Positions 9,068 to 18,517 of a stretch of 60,915 nt of DNA are shown in pieces. Position 1 is the first letter of the stretch. Every line of letters begins with the position of its first letter. Source of the DNA: Synergistaceae bacterium (lineage in GTDB: Bacteria > Synergistota > Synergistia > Synergistales > Aminobacteriaceae); the NCBI GenBank assembly GCA_017470785.1, contig JAFUXM010000043.1, positions 1-60,915 on the forward strand. The letters run 5' to 3'. The position numbers and the translations under genes are program-made. The notes beneath the pieces are model-generated. The model made no database searches, was not told the origin of the DNA, and saw only the letters and a list, made by a program, of their open reading frames with translations.

Positions 9068-9838
9068 ATGAATAATTTGGATTTGAAGGGCGTATTGCAG
9101 CAAGTGAGCGACGGAAGCTTGACTGTTGACGATGCGCTTTTGCATTTAAAAGAACTGCCGTTTAAAAATCTTAAGGGCTTTGAAGACATAGGCTTTGCTA
9201 AAGTAGATCTGCACAGGAAAGTTCGTCAAGGCGCAGCTGAAGTTATTTACGGTGCAGGCAAGACGCCTGAGCAGATCGCCGCGATTGCAAAAGTTATGCT
9301 AAATAATAATCAGCGAAATATTTTAATAACGCGGCTTGATGCAAGTCAAGCTGAGAGTTTATTAAAATTATTAAATTTTGAATATTATGCTGAGGCCAAG
9401 GTTGGAGTGATAGGCGGAATGCCAGAGCCTGACGGCATAGGCGATATAGTTATTGCGACCGGCGGCACGAGCGATATTCCCGTTGCAGAAGAGGCTGCGC
9501 TCACGGCTGAAGTGTTGGGCAATAAAGTTAAGCGGTTGTATGATGTCGGAGTTGCTGGCCTTCACCGGATGCTTGCGCACATAGACGATATTATGACTGC
9601 AAGAGTTATTATTGCAGTTGCCGGAATGGAAGGCGCATTAGCGAGCGTCATAGCAGGCTTGGCCGACTGTCCGGTTATTGCAGTGCCGACGAGTATCGGC
9701 TACGGCGCATCGTTTAACGGCATTGCTGCTTTATTAGCTATGCTTAATTCATGCGCAAGCGGCGTCACTGTCGTTAATATCGATAACGGCTTTGGAGCAG
9801 GCTACACCGCAAGCATGATTAATCACTTAGCAAGTTAA
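9068..9838 (+). CDS. larB: LarB, pyridinium-3,5-biscarboxylic acid mononucleotide synthase (PurE-like)
   Basis: VDLHRKVRQGAAEVIYGAGKT and a PurE-like GTSDIPVAEEA...AVAGMEGALASV core. The ATG at 9068 (MNNLDLKG) is preferred over the track's start at 9035, which lies in the terminator tail. Confidence 0.85.
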   Translation: MNNLDLKGVLQQVSDGSLTVDDALLHLKELPFKNLKGFEDIGFAKVDLHRKVRQGAAEVIYGAGKTPEQIAAIAKVMLNNNQRNILITRLDASQAESLLKLLNFEYYAEAKVGVIGGMPEPDGIGDIVIATGGTSDIPVAEEAALTAEVLGNKVKRLYDVGVAGLHRMLAHIDDIMTARVIIAVAGMEGALASVIAGLADCPVIAVPTSIGYGASFNGIAALLAMLNSCASGVTVVNIDNGFGAGYTASMINHLAS

Positions 9839-9840
9839 TT

Positions 9841-10251
9841 ATGCAAAAAAATTTAAAATTATTATTAATATTTATTTGCTCGCTGCTGCTTGAGTTTATA
9901 GCCTTAAGCGCAGCAAAATTTTTAGGCATTGAATTAAAATTTAATTACGGCATTGCCTTTGGCCTGTTTAATGATTTTAAATATATAGCTTTAATCTTGT
10001 CTTGCGTAGCTTTAGCTGTAATTTTATGTTTAATATTTTATAAATTTAAGGATTTTAAAATTAATCTTGCGCTGGCGTTAGCAGGCGGCGGCGCAGCGGC
10101 AAATTTTGCCGAGCGGCTTTATTTAGGCTATGTAATAGATTACGTAAATATTTTATATAGCTTTAATCTTGCTGATGTAGAAATTATATTGGGCTTAGCT
10201 GTAGCCATGGGCTTATATTTGCTTGAAAGGAAAAGGGAACTTGATTGTTGA
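9841..10251 (+). CDS. Signal peptidase II (LspA)-like membrane protein, short and divergent
   Basis: Has NYGIAFG, GGGAAANFAER and FNLAD motifs in LspA order. The first catalytic Asp position (N-x-x-D-R) reads NFAER. The ORF is only 136 aa. Confidence 0.6.
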   Translation: MQKNLKLLLIFICSLLLEFIALSAAKFLGIELKFNYGIAFGLFNDFKYIALILSCVALAVILCLIFYKFKDFKINLALALAGGGAAANFAERLYLGYVIDYVNILYSFNLADVEIILGLAVAMGLYLLERKRELDC

Positions 10252-13200
10252 CCATGCGGCCTGTCATAGAGAATTTAAATGAATTAAAAAATTTTAAAGA
10301 TGCCGAGATACTTGAACGCGTTGGCGGCGCGGCGCGGGCTTGGCTGTTTAATAATTTAAAATTAAATAATAATATTTTAGTTTTATTTGCTGATGAGAGG
10401 CAGGCCGAGGAGTTTGCGCTGAATATCAAGTCGCTTTTAGATATAGATATATTAATTTTAAAAGAACTGCCGTTAAACTCGCGGGCTGAGAATTTAACGG
10501 CTTTGTTATTGGAGCGCGGTGAAGTAATAAGGCGTTGGCGCACTGGACGGCAAAATAATATTTTAAATATTTTAGCTGCGACGCCCGGGGCGTTGATGAC
10601 GCCGTGCAGCTTGACGCATAATAAATTTATTTTGAATACAGGCAGTGAATATAAGCGTGAGGATATAATTTCGTGGCTTGAGGATAATGGTTATACGCGG
10701 GTTGATTTAGTATGGGCGCCGGGACAGTATGCGCCGCGCGGTTTTATTATAGATATATTTGATCCGGCGTATGCTGCGCCGCGCAGATTAGAATTTTTTG
10801 ATAATGAGCTTGAGAGCATCGCAGCGTTTAAAAGCTCAAGTCAGCGAAGCTTTAGCAATAATAATAATTTAATTAAAAGCCTCGAGCTGCATAGCATATT
10901 TAATAAAGATATAAATGATAATAATTTAATATTTATGCCGATTGAGATGATGAGCGCTGAGACGCGAGTTATATTCTTTGAGCCTAACAAGCTTAACGCG
11001 CAGGCCGAGTCGTTTCAGTGGCTGTTTAATGAGCTTTATTTAGATAAATTAAATTTAAATAGCTGGAATGAAGTTTTATATAAGCTGTCGAGCTTTGATG
11101 TATTAAAAATCACGGGTAATATAACGCCGAGCTTAACGGCTGAGTTTGCTTATGAAGAACCGCCGGTGTTTAAAGGCAATCTCGAGGCGTTTATAAATTT
11201 TTGCCATGAGCTTACTGCGCAAAAATATAAAATATTTATTTACACTAAGAACACAAGAATTATCGAAAGTCAGGACGAGTTATTTAAAGATTTAAATTTA
11301 AATATAATAAATAAAAAATTGAGTTCGGGCTTTTTAGATAAAATTTCTAAAATTGCGGTTATATCTGACCGTGAGCTTGCCGGTGTGACGAGCTATGAGG
11401 CTGATAATAATATCAGGACGCCGATTGAGTGGCGGGAGCAGTTAGCGGCTGGGCAGCTTGTTATTCATGAAGATTATGGAATAGGAATATTCAGGGGCAT
11501 TGAGCCTGTAGTAAGCATGGGCAGTTCGCTTGACGCGATGATTTTAGAATTTGCAGAAGGGCAGCGGCTGTTAGTGCCGGTGCTGCAGTCGCATAAAATT
11601 ACGCCGTTAAGCGAGCATGAAAACGAGAATAATATAAACGAGCTTGGAAGTTTAAGAGGCAGCAAGTGGCGTAAGCGGGTTGAGAAAGATAAAGAGCGTG
11701 CGCAGGAAGAGGCAAAAATTTTACTTGAGATTTTTGCTAAGCGTGAGCTGCAGCGCAGGCCGCCGTTAGAGCCTATCGAGAACGATAAGTTTAATAAAGA
11801 TTTATATATGAAATTTGTCGAAGCATTTCCGTACACTGAGACAGCGGATCAGATTAAAGCCATAAATGAGATCATGAATGATTTATCAAGTCCATTCCCG
11901 ATGGATAGATTATTGGTTGGAGATGTAGGCTTCGGCAAGACTGAAGTTGCATTGAGAGCGGCGTTTAGAGCTGTGGTATCGGGCTATCAGGTCTGCGTGT
12001 TAGTGCCGACGACGATTTTAGCTCAGCAGCATTACGCGACATTTCAGGCAAGATTAGCGGGCTTTCCGGTCAGCGTAGGATTATTATCGCGCTTTGTTGC
12101 CAAGAAAGAGAGCGATAAAATTTTAGCCCGGGCTGAAGAGGGCAAGATAGATATTATAATCGGCACGCATAAAGTCTTGATGAAGGGCGTGAAATTTAAA
12201 AATTTAGGCTTATTAATAATAGACGAAGAGCATAGATTTGGAGTTATGCACAAAGAGGGCTTAAAGAAAATTTACGGAGCAGTAGATATATTAAGCCTGT
12301 CAGCTACGCCGATACCCAGGACTTTAGCTATGGCATTAAGAGGCTTGCGCAGCATATCAGTGCTGTCGACGCCGCCTGAGGACAGATTGCCAGTTGCGAC
12401 GTTCACCGGCCCGTGGCAGACTTCGCTTGTGCGCAAGGCAGCAGCTTATGAGCTTAACCGGGGCGGCCAAGTTTATTTTTTAGCTAATCGCATTTCAAGA
12501 ATGCAGGCGCATAAAGATTTATTAACGCAATTTTTTCCTGAGTCAAATATAAAAATTGCTCACGGTCAGATGCCGGAACGCGAGCTTGAGAAAACTATGC
12601 TTGAGTTTTACTCAGGCAAGATAGATATATTAATCGCTACGACCATAATCGAGAGCGGCTTGGACGTAGGCCGTGCGAACACGATTATAATCGACGATGC
12701 GCAGGAGCTTGGATTAGCTCAGATGTACCAGCTCAGAGGCCGCGTTGGCCGCCGGGGCGAAAACGCATTTGCTTATTTCTTTTATCCGGCAGATAAAAAT
12801 AATTTAAAGCGCGAGACTGTCGATAGACTTGAAGCTATCTCGACTATGACGGACTTGGGCTCAGGCTATGCAATCGCCGAGCGGGATTTATTTATACGCG
12901 GCAGCGGTGATGTCACCGGCACAGCGCAGCACGGCACAGGTCAAACCGGCGGCTTTCATATTTTTTATAAACTATTAGAGCAGGAGCTTGACCGGCTGCG
13001 CGGCGTCCGCGAGATTAAATTAACGAGCTTGAAAGTCTATAGCACCGGCTCTATTCCTGAAAATTATATTCCGCAGGAGTCAGTGCGCGTGACAATCAGC
13101 CGCAGGATTTTAAGCGCAAAAGGTCTCGACGAGCTTAACGCAATAGCAAGTGAGATTAAAGACAGATTCGGCAAAATTCCTGAGCAAACGCGCTTGCTAA

Positions 13201-13412
13201 TCGCACTTACTGCCATACGCAGCTTCGGCCATAATTTCAATATCGAGAGCATGGAGCTTAATAAAAATAATATTTTGCTTAAGGGCGATTGTGACGCGAG
13301 GCTTAAAGATAAATTAAAAAATTCAGGCTGGGTAGTTATGAGAAATTATGCTAAGGGCCCGGGCGGCCTTGCCGGGGCTGAAGAGCTGTTTAAAGTCATG
13401 CGGGAAATTTAA
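10245..13412 (+). CDS. mfd: Transcription-repair coupling factor Mfd
   Basis: CarD/RNAP-interacting segment VIHEDYGIG, SF2 helicase motifs GDVGFGKTEVA, DEEHRFG and QLRGRVGR, plus a TRCF C-terminal domain. The ATG at 10254 is an alternative start. Confidence 0.93.
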   Translation: MLTMRPVIENLNELKNFKDAEILERVGGAARAWLFNNLKLNNNILVLFADERQAEEFALNIKSLLDIDILILKELPLNSRAENLTALLLERGEVIRRWRTGRQNNILNILAATPGALMTPCSLTHNKFILNTGSEYKREDIISWLEDNGYTRVDLVWAPGQYAPRGFIIDIFDPAYAAPRRLEFFDNELESIAAFKSSSQRSFSNNNNLIKSLELHSIFNKDINDNNLIFMPIEMMSAETRVIFFEPNKLNAQAESFQWLFNELYLDKLNLNSWNEVLYKLSSFDVLKITGNITPSLTAEFAYEEPPVFKGNLEAFINFCHELTAQKYKIFIYTKNTRIIESQDELFKDLNLNIINKKLSSGFLDKISKIAVISDRELAGVTSYEADNNIRTPIEWREQLAAGQLVIHEDYGIGIFRGIEPVVSMGSSLDAMILEFAEGQRLLVPVLQSHKITPLSEHENENNINELGSLRGSKWRKRVEKDKERAQEEAKILLEIFAKRELQRRPPLEPIENDKFNKDLYMKFVEAFPYTETADQIKAINEIMNDLSSPFPMDRLLVGDVGFGKTEVALRAAFRAVVSGYQVCVLVPTTILAQQHYATFQARLAGFPVSVGLLSRFVAKKESDKILARAEEGKIDIIIGTHKVLMKGVKFKNLGLLIIDEEHRFGVMHKEGLKKIYGAVDILSLSATPIPRTLAMALRGLRSISVLSTPPEDRLPVATFTGPWQTSLVRKAAAYELNRGGQVYFLANRISRMQAHKDLLTQFFPESNIKIAHGQMPERELEKTMLEFYSGKIDILIATTIIESGLDVGRANTIIIDDAQELGLAQMYQLRGRVGRRGENAFAYFFYPADKNNLKRETVDRLEAISTMTDLGSGYAIAERDLFIRGSGDVTGTAQHGTGQTGGFHIFYKLLEQELDRLRGVREIKLTSLKVYSTGSIPENYIPQESVRVTISRRILSAKGLDELNAIASEIKDRFGKIPEQTRLLIALTAIRSFGHNFNIESMELNKNNILLKGDCDARLKDKLKNSGWVVMRNYAKGPGGLAGAEELFKVMREI

Positions 13413-13491
13413 AATAAACGCGCTCGAGATATTCACTCGGCGCGTAATTTAATTAATAAATATTATTTGCTTAAGCTTTTAAATTAATTTT

Positions 13492-14958
13492 TTACTTGCA
13501 AATGCTATCAATCCAATCAAATAATTCATTTAAATCATAGTCGCCGGCGTGGCCGTAACCCCAAGGCGATTTAAAATCTACAGCACAATTATTATTTAAT
13601 AACTTTAATGCTAAGACAGCCGGAACGGCAATAACAGTATCACGGTCAAGAACGCCGTGCCTGATGCGCCAGTGCTTAGCCGTGTTCACGCCATCGTGGC
13701 CTATAAAATTTAACGGGTTCAGTAATTTAATAATAGCTTCATCTGCAATGCCCGCATCAACCAAGCTATTATCATAAGCAAAGGCCGTGAAGTGCTGCGC
13801 ATTTATGCTCTCAGTGCCAAATTCATTATTCTCGCCGCTTGAATTATCAAGCGCATCAAACGCCGGCGCAGCTTTAAGCCTCGTTGCCCATTCAGCATAA
13901 GCCTTTAAGTCCATGCTCACTACTCTATCGCCATCAACACCAAAGCATTTTATATTATTAAGCGCTGATTTATCTGCATCAAGTGCGCCTTGAGCCGCAG
14001 CGATATAAATATTTTTAATAAATTCTTTAAAACTTCCCTCGCCGTTAGCATTAAGCGTTAAAAAATTACCCTGCGCATCTTTTAAATTTAAGCTATTTAA
14101 ATAATCAGGATACATAGCTTTTAATTTATTCGACGCAGCTATTTGAACATCGCTCATTAATGCAGCTGCTTTCGTGTCGAGCGGCGCGTTCTCCGGTCGA
14201 TTATTGCCGCCGCCGTTCATAGGCCGGAGCATCTTGGCTTGATGATAGTCGTTAATGCCATTAAATATCCATTCATAGGCCATGTCCGCATGATCTAAAT
14301 CTGTAATCGGGCAGTAAGCCATCGCTGCAAAAATATCATCGCGCTCATCAGCTGCGCCGATCTCATCCAAATATTTTTTATACTCAGCTGCGTTGCCCGT
14401 TGCGCCTAACAAGGCTGATAATGCGCCGCCCGCGCTCGTTCCGTTAGAAATTATTTTTTCAGTGTCACCGGCAGGCAATAAATTTAAGCGCTTAATATAA
14501 CGCAAGTATCTCACTGCGGCCTTATAGTCAACTATCAACGCCGGAGCTTTGCCGTGCTTTAACGTGCGGCCTCGTATCGCCGGTGCAGCAACTACATAGC
14601 CCCGCGCTAACGCATTAAGCGCCGCGTTAGCCTTGCCGTCACGGCCAAGCCCGGGCGCAGCAATCCTGCCGGGCATGTACCCGCCCACGCCGTTGGGCAT
14701 AAATATCGGCGCATTAGCTGCACTATAATTATTTACCGTCCCGCCGTCTTGAAAATATTCAGCCGGAATATAAATGCTCATGACTTGATACTCAGGCTCT
14801 AAAGGCCGTGAGACATAGCAAATATTCTCGTAAGCTCTGAAAGCTATGTTATTAATCTCTTTCACTTCATAGCTCTCAGCATTAAAATTTAAGTCCTGCG
14901 CAAAAGAATTTCCCGCAAGCCCTAACGCAATCACTAACGCACAAAAAATTTTTAACAT
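13492..14958 (-). CDS. Secreted subtype-B tannase (tannin acyl hydrolase-like alpha/beta hydrolase)
   Basis: Signal peptide ending AGNSFA. Blocks PNGVGGYMPG, GTSAGG (nucleophile elbow), AYCPITDLDHADMAYEW, KHWRIRHG and GDYDL...WIDSIC align with Lactobacillus plantarum tannase as I recall it. Confidence 0.8.
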   Translation of the reverse strand: MLKIFCALVIALGLAGNSFAQDLNFNAESYEVKEINNIAFRAYENICYVSRPLEPEYQVMSIYIPAEYFQDGGTVNNYSAANAPIFMPNGVGGYMPGRIAAPGLGRDGKANAALNALARGYVVAAPAIRGRTLKHGKAPALIVDYKAAVRYLRYIKRLNLLPAGDTEKIISNGTSAGGALSALLGATGNAAEYKKYLDEIGAADERDDIFAAMAYCPITDLDHADMAYEWIFNGINDYHQAKMLRPMNGGGNNRPENAPLDTKAAALMSDVQIAASNKLKAMYPDYLNSLNLKDAQGNFLTLNANGEGSFKEFIKNIYIAAAQGALDADKSALNNIKCFGVDGDRVVSMDLKAYAEWATRLKAAPAFDALDNSSGENNEFGTESINAQHFTAFAYDNSLVDAGIADEAIIKLLNPLNFIGHDGVNTAKHWRIRHGVLDRDTVIAVPAVLALKLLNNNCAVDFKSPWGYGHAGDYDLNELFDWIDSICK

Positions 14959-14991
14959 AACAGCACGCTCCTTTATTAAATTAATTTAAAT

Positions 14992-15037
14992 CAAATTAAA
15001 GGCGGCGAGCTTTAAAATTAAATAAAGCTGCCGCCTA
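14992..15037 (-). terminator. Terminator after the DUF1385 gene
   Basis: aggcggcgagcttt / aaagctgccgcct stem with one bulge and AT-rich flanks. Confidence 0.6.
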
Positions 15038-15064
15038 AAATTTTAAATTTTAAAAAATTATATC

Positions 15065-16087
15065 TTAATTCATTGCCGTGTTAAGCGACGCTAACGCGAC
15101 TTCGGCCTGTGACAAATCCGGCTCTCTGGTAGTTAAAAATTGCAGTGACAAGAACGGGAAGATTATCGCGCGGCCAAGCTTGCCCGAGTTGCCGGCAAGT
15201 CTTATTATCTCATACGATACGCCTATTACGACCGGCAGCAAAATTATCCGGCTCACAACCCGCCATAAAAATCCGCCCCGGCCTATCATGCTAAATACTG
15301 CTATACTCACTATAACGGCTATTAATAAAAACGACGTGCCGCATCTGGGATGAATGCGCGAACACTTCAAAATATTTTCCGGCGTCATCTCCAAGCCGCC
15401 TTCATATGCGTTAATAGTCTTATGCTCAGCGCCGTGATACGCAAACACGCGTTTAATATCGCCCCACATGCCGATTATCGCAATATAAGCAATAAATATT
15501 ACAGCCCTGATAATTCCCTCGAGCGTATATACTCCGACTCCATGCGGCTCAAGCTCAAAGATTTTCGCTAAAAATTCAGCTGCATATAACGGCAGCGCTA
15601 TAAATAATCCGCCCACTGCAAGTATAGTGAATATTACAGTGAATAATAAATCTTTAAACGTCAATTTCTCCTGCGAGTCCGGCTCTTCAAGCGCGATCTC
15701 GGCGCTGCGCGACAAAGCTTTAAATCCCGTCGCCATCATCTCGCACATCACGACAAAGCCCCGCACAAACGGCAGCTTATACGGCATCCGCTTAGTCCGT
15801 GAGCTGTGAGGCCAGCTCTCTTTCACAATCTCGCCTTGCTCTTGATTTAAATTTAAATTCTCTTGCTCTAAGCTTTCTTGCTCTTCACTCTGCAAGACTT
15901 TACGCACAGCCAAGCCCCACTTATTAGGTCCTTTCATCAGCACGCCTTCGATAACAGCCTGACCGCCGACCGCTATTCGCTTGTCTTCGCCAGCATTATC
16001 TTTATCTTCAGCCTCAGCTTCAGCCGCAAATAAATTTAACCCTAAATTCAACGCCAGAAAATTTTTTAATAACAATAACTTCTTCAT
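15065..16087 (-). CDS. DUF1385-domain membrane protein
   Basis: YHGAEHKTINAYE hallmark and multiple TM helices. The N-terminus is hydrophobic and carries acidic low-complexity inserts (AEAEAEDKD, QESLEQENLNLNQEQ). Confidence 0.8.
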   Translation of the reverse strand: MKKLLLLKNFLALNLGLNLFAAEAEAEDKDNAGEDKRIAVGGQAVIEGVLMKGPNKWGLAVRKVLQSEEQESLEQENLNLNQEQGEIVKESWPHSSRTKRMPYKLPFVRGFVVMCEMMATGFKALSRSAEIALEEPDSQEKLTFKDLLFTVIFTILAVGGLFIALPLYAAEFLAKIFELEPHGVGVYTLEGIIRAVIFIAYIAIIGMWGDIKRVFAYHGAEHKTINAYEGGLEMTPENILKCSRIHPRCGTSFLLIAVIVSIAVFSMIGRGGFLWRVVSRIILLPVVIGVSYEIIRLAGNSGKLGRAIIFPFLSLQFLTTREPDLSQAEVALASLNTAMN

Positions 16088-16173
16088 ATCTCAAATATCT
16101 TAATTAAATAAATTTAAACTTCTTCCTTTATAATATAATCTTTAAATTTCAAACAGCTCAAGCTATTTATTTA

Positions 16174-17490
16174 TTACTCATACATCCTGCCCTTGAGCAG
16201 CGTATAGATATTCGTCTCGGCATCAAGCATCGACTCCGTGACTTCGTCGAGCTTGTCAGACAGCTCGAACTGATCCGAAATTCCGTACTCCTTGCTCTGC
16301 GAAGCGCCTTTAAATGCATCTTTCAAAAATATCGGCGTGATTATAGTGCAGACAATTATCATTATGATAATCGGCCCCATGTAAGCCTCATTAATTACAT
16401 TCATTTCAAGTCCCTTAGCCGCAACGATAAGCGCAACCTCGCCTCTGCATACCATGCCCATTCCAATCTGATAGCTCTCGCGCATATCAAGTCCGCATAG
16501 CTTAGCTCCAAGGCCGCAGCCTCCGAGTTTCGATATGACGCTCACGATCACAAGCGCAACCGTGAATAATAATAAACTAAGCGACATGCTGGGTATAGTG
16601 ACCTCAAGTCCTATATTTGCAAAGAACACCGGCGTTAATAATAAATACGCGATCGTATCGAACTTGCTGGCAATATAATTGCCCTTGGGCGAAATTGCAA
16701 TTATCATTCCGGCTGAGAACGCGCCGATTATATCAGCAATGCCGAACACTGTCTCAGCTGCCCACGCCATGAATAAGCATAACGCAAAGCCCATGACCGG
16801 ATACCGCCGTAAATTTTTCGCGTCCTGCGCTTTGTTAGACCAAGTCATAAAGCTGTAGAACATCAAACCCATGATAACTACAAAGCCTACAAAGCCCAAA
16901 ATTTTCATGAACACGAGCGTTAAGTTCACCTGCTCACCGGCCATGCCCGTTATTATCGTCAAGCATATCAAGCCTAAAATATCGTCGATTAACGCCGCCG
17001 CAAGAATAGTATTGCCTGATTTAGTTGACATGCAGCCCAGTTCTTTTAACGTCTCTACAGTAATAGAAACCGACGTTGCAGTTAATACAGCTCCGACAAA
17101 TATTGCTGATGTCATCGCGATGCCCGGCTCAAAGACATACATCAAGCCTGCACCCATTCCAAGCGGCACAAACACGCCGGTCAATGCAACTACAAATCCT
17201 GCTTTGCCTGATGCTCGCAAGTCCTGAATATTTGTCTCCATTCCTGCCGTGAACATGATCACTATAACGCCGAGCTCGGCAAGCCGCGATAACAACGGCG
17301 ACGGCGTAAGACAGAACTGAATGCCGAATAACTTCATGCTCAATGCTCCAAGCACAGCCGGCCCGAAAAATAATCCGGCCATCAATGCTCCGACTACCTG
17401 CGGCAGCTGCGCCCGCCGTGATATTATGCTGAAGATCTTAGTCGACATCAAAATAACGCATAAGCTTAACAAATAATTATATTGTTCCAA
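16174..17490 (-). CDS. Cation:proton antiporter (CPA family Na+/H+ exchanger)
   Basis: 438-aa polytopic protein with the Na_H_Exchanger-like helix pattern. Confidence 0.8.
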   Translation of the reverse strand: MEQYNYLLSLCVILMSTKIFSIISRRAQLPQVVGALMAGLFFGPAVLGALSMKLFGIQFCLTPSPLLSRLAELGVIVIMFTAGMETNIQDLRASGKAGFVVALTGVFVPLGMGAGLMYVFEPGIAMTSAIFVGAVLTATSVSITVETLKELGCMSTKSGNTILAAALIDDILGLICLTIITGMAGEQVNLTLVFMKILGFVGFVVIMGLMFYSFMTWSNKAQDAKNLRRYPVMGFALCLFMAWAAETVFGIADIIGAFSAGMIIAISPKGNYIASKFDTIAYLLLTPVFFANIGLEVTIPSMSLSLLLFTVALVIVSVISKLGGCGLGAKLCGLDMRESYQIGMGMVCRGEVALIVAAKGLEMNVINEAYMGPIIIMIIVCTIITPIFLKDAFKGASQSKEYGISDQFELSDKLDEVTESMLDAETNIYTLLKGRMYE

Positions 17491-17592
17491 GTTTAAAGAC
17501 GCTCTCCCTAATAAAAATTTTAAATTTATTTAATTATATTACTTTAAATTTAAAAAGCTTAAAAAATTTTTAAAATTTCAAGCTCGAGTAAA

Positions 17593-17636
17593 TAAAAAAA
17601 TTGCCTCGGGCTAATTCAAGCTCGAGGCAATTTTTA
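17593..17636 (-). terminator. Terminator after cysE
   Basis: ttgcctcg (17601-17608) / cgaggcaa (17623-17630), with an A7 run on the plus strand that gives a U-run on the minus transcript. Confidence 0.7.
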
Positions 17637-17660
17637 TTTTTAATATTTTAATATTTTAAA

Positions 17661-18488
17661 TTAAATTTCCGGTTCGGGTGTCTTGTTTAAGATAACGCTG
17701 CCCGGGCTGACCGAGTGAGTGAGCCAGACGTTGCCGCCGATTACACTGCCGTCGCCGATAAACGTATCGCCGCCGAGTATAGTTGCTCCAGCGTAAATCA
17801 CTACATTATTGCCTATATCCGGATGACGCTTAATGCCTTTAACTAAACTTCCGTCCGGCGCAGTCTGAAAACTTTTAGCGCCGATCGTAACGTTTTGATA
17901 TAGCTTCACGTGATTGCCGATAGTACTCGTCTCGCCTATCACAACTCCAGTGCCGTGATCTATAAAGAAATACTCGCCGATAGCCGCACCCGGGTGAATG
18001 TCTATACCAGTTAATTTATGCGCGTGCTCAGTCATAATTCTCGGCACTAACGGCACCTGCATTATAAATAACTCATGCGCAATTCTATATGCGCTTATGG
18101 CAATAAACGCCGGATAAGACAATATAACTTCATCAAAACTCTTAGCCGCCGGATCGCCCTGATACGCAGCCTCAACGTCAGTCATTAACACACGTAAAAT
18201 TTCAGGCAGCTTTGCTAATAAACCCTGCGTTATTATCTCAGCCTGCGAATTATCATCCATAACACGGCACAGCGCCTGCTCAAGATTTATTGCGGCCTTC
18301 TGCACCGCAAACTTTTCAATATAATTATTATTATTTAAATTTACATTTAAATTTAACAGTGAACAGACTGAGCATTCAGGCGCGACGTCCCCGAAGTGAT
18401 ACGGGAACATCGCAGCAAGAAAATATTTAAACGCGTTCTCTACATTATCCTTAAGACCATTATAATTTTTCTGCATAATGAAATTCAT
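17661..18488 (-). CDS. cysE: Serine O-acetyltransferase
   Basis: Hexapeptide-repeat core GIDIHPGAAIGEYFFIDHGTGVVIGETSTIG. Sits downstream of cysK. Confidence 0.9.
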   Translation of the reverse strand: MNFIMQKNYNGLKDNVENAFKYFLAAMFPYHFGDVAPECSVCSLLNLNVNLNNNNYIEKFAVQKAAINLEQALCRVMDDNSQAEIITQGLLAKLPEILRVLMTDVEAAYQGDPAAKSFDEVILSYPAFIAISAYRIAHELFIMQVPLVPRIMTEHAHKLTGIDIHPGAAIGEYFFIDHGTGVVIGETSTIGNHVKLYQNVTIGAKSFQTAPDGSLVKGIKRHPDIGNNVVIYAGATILGGDTFIGDGSVIGGNVWLTHSVSPGSVILNKTPEPEI

Positions 18489-18517
18489 TATACATTAAAT
18501 TATAAAATTTTATAAAA

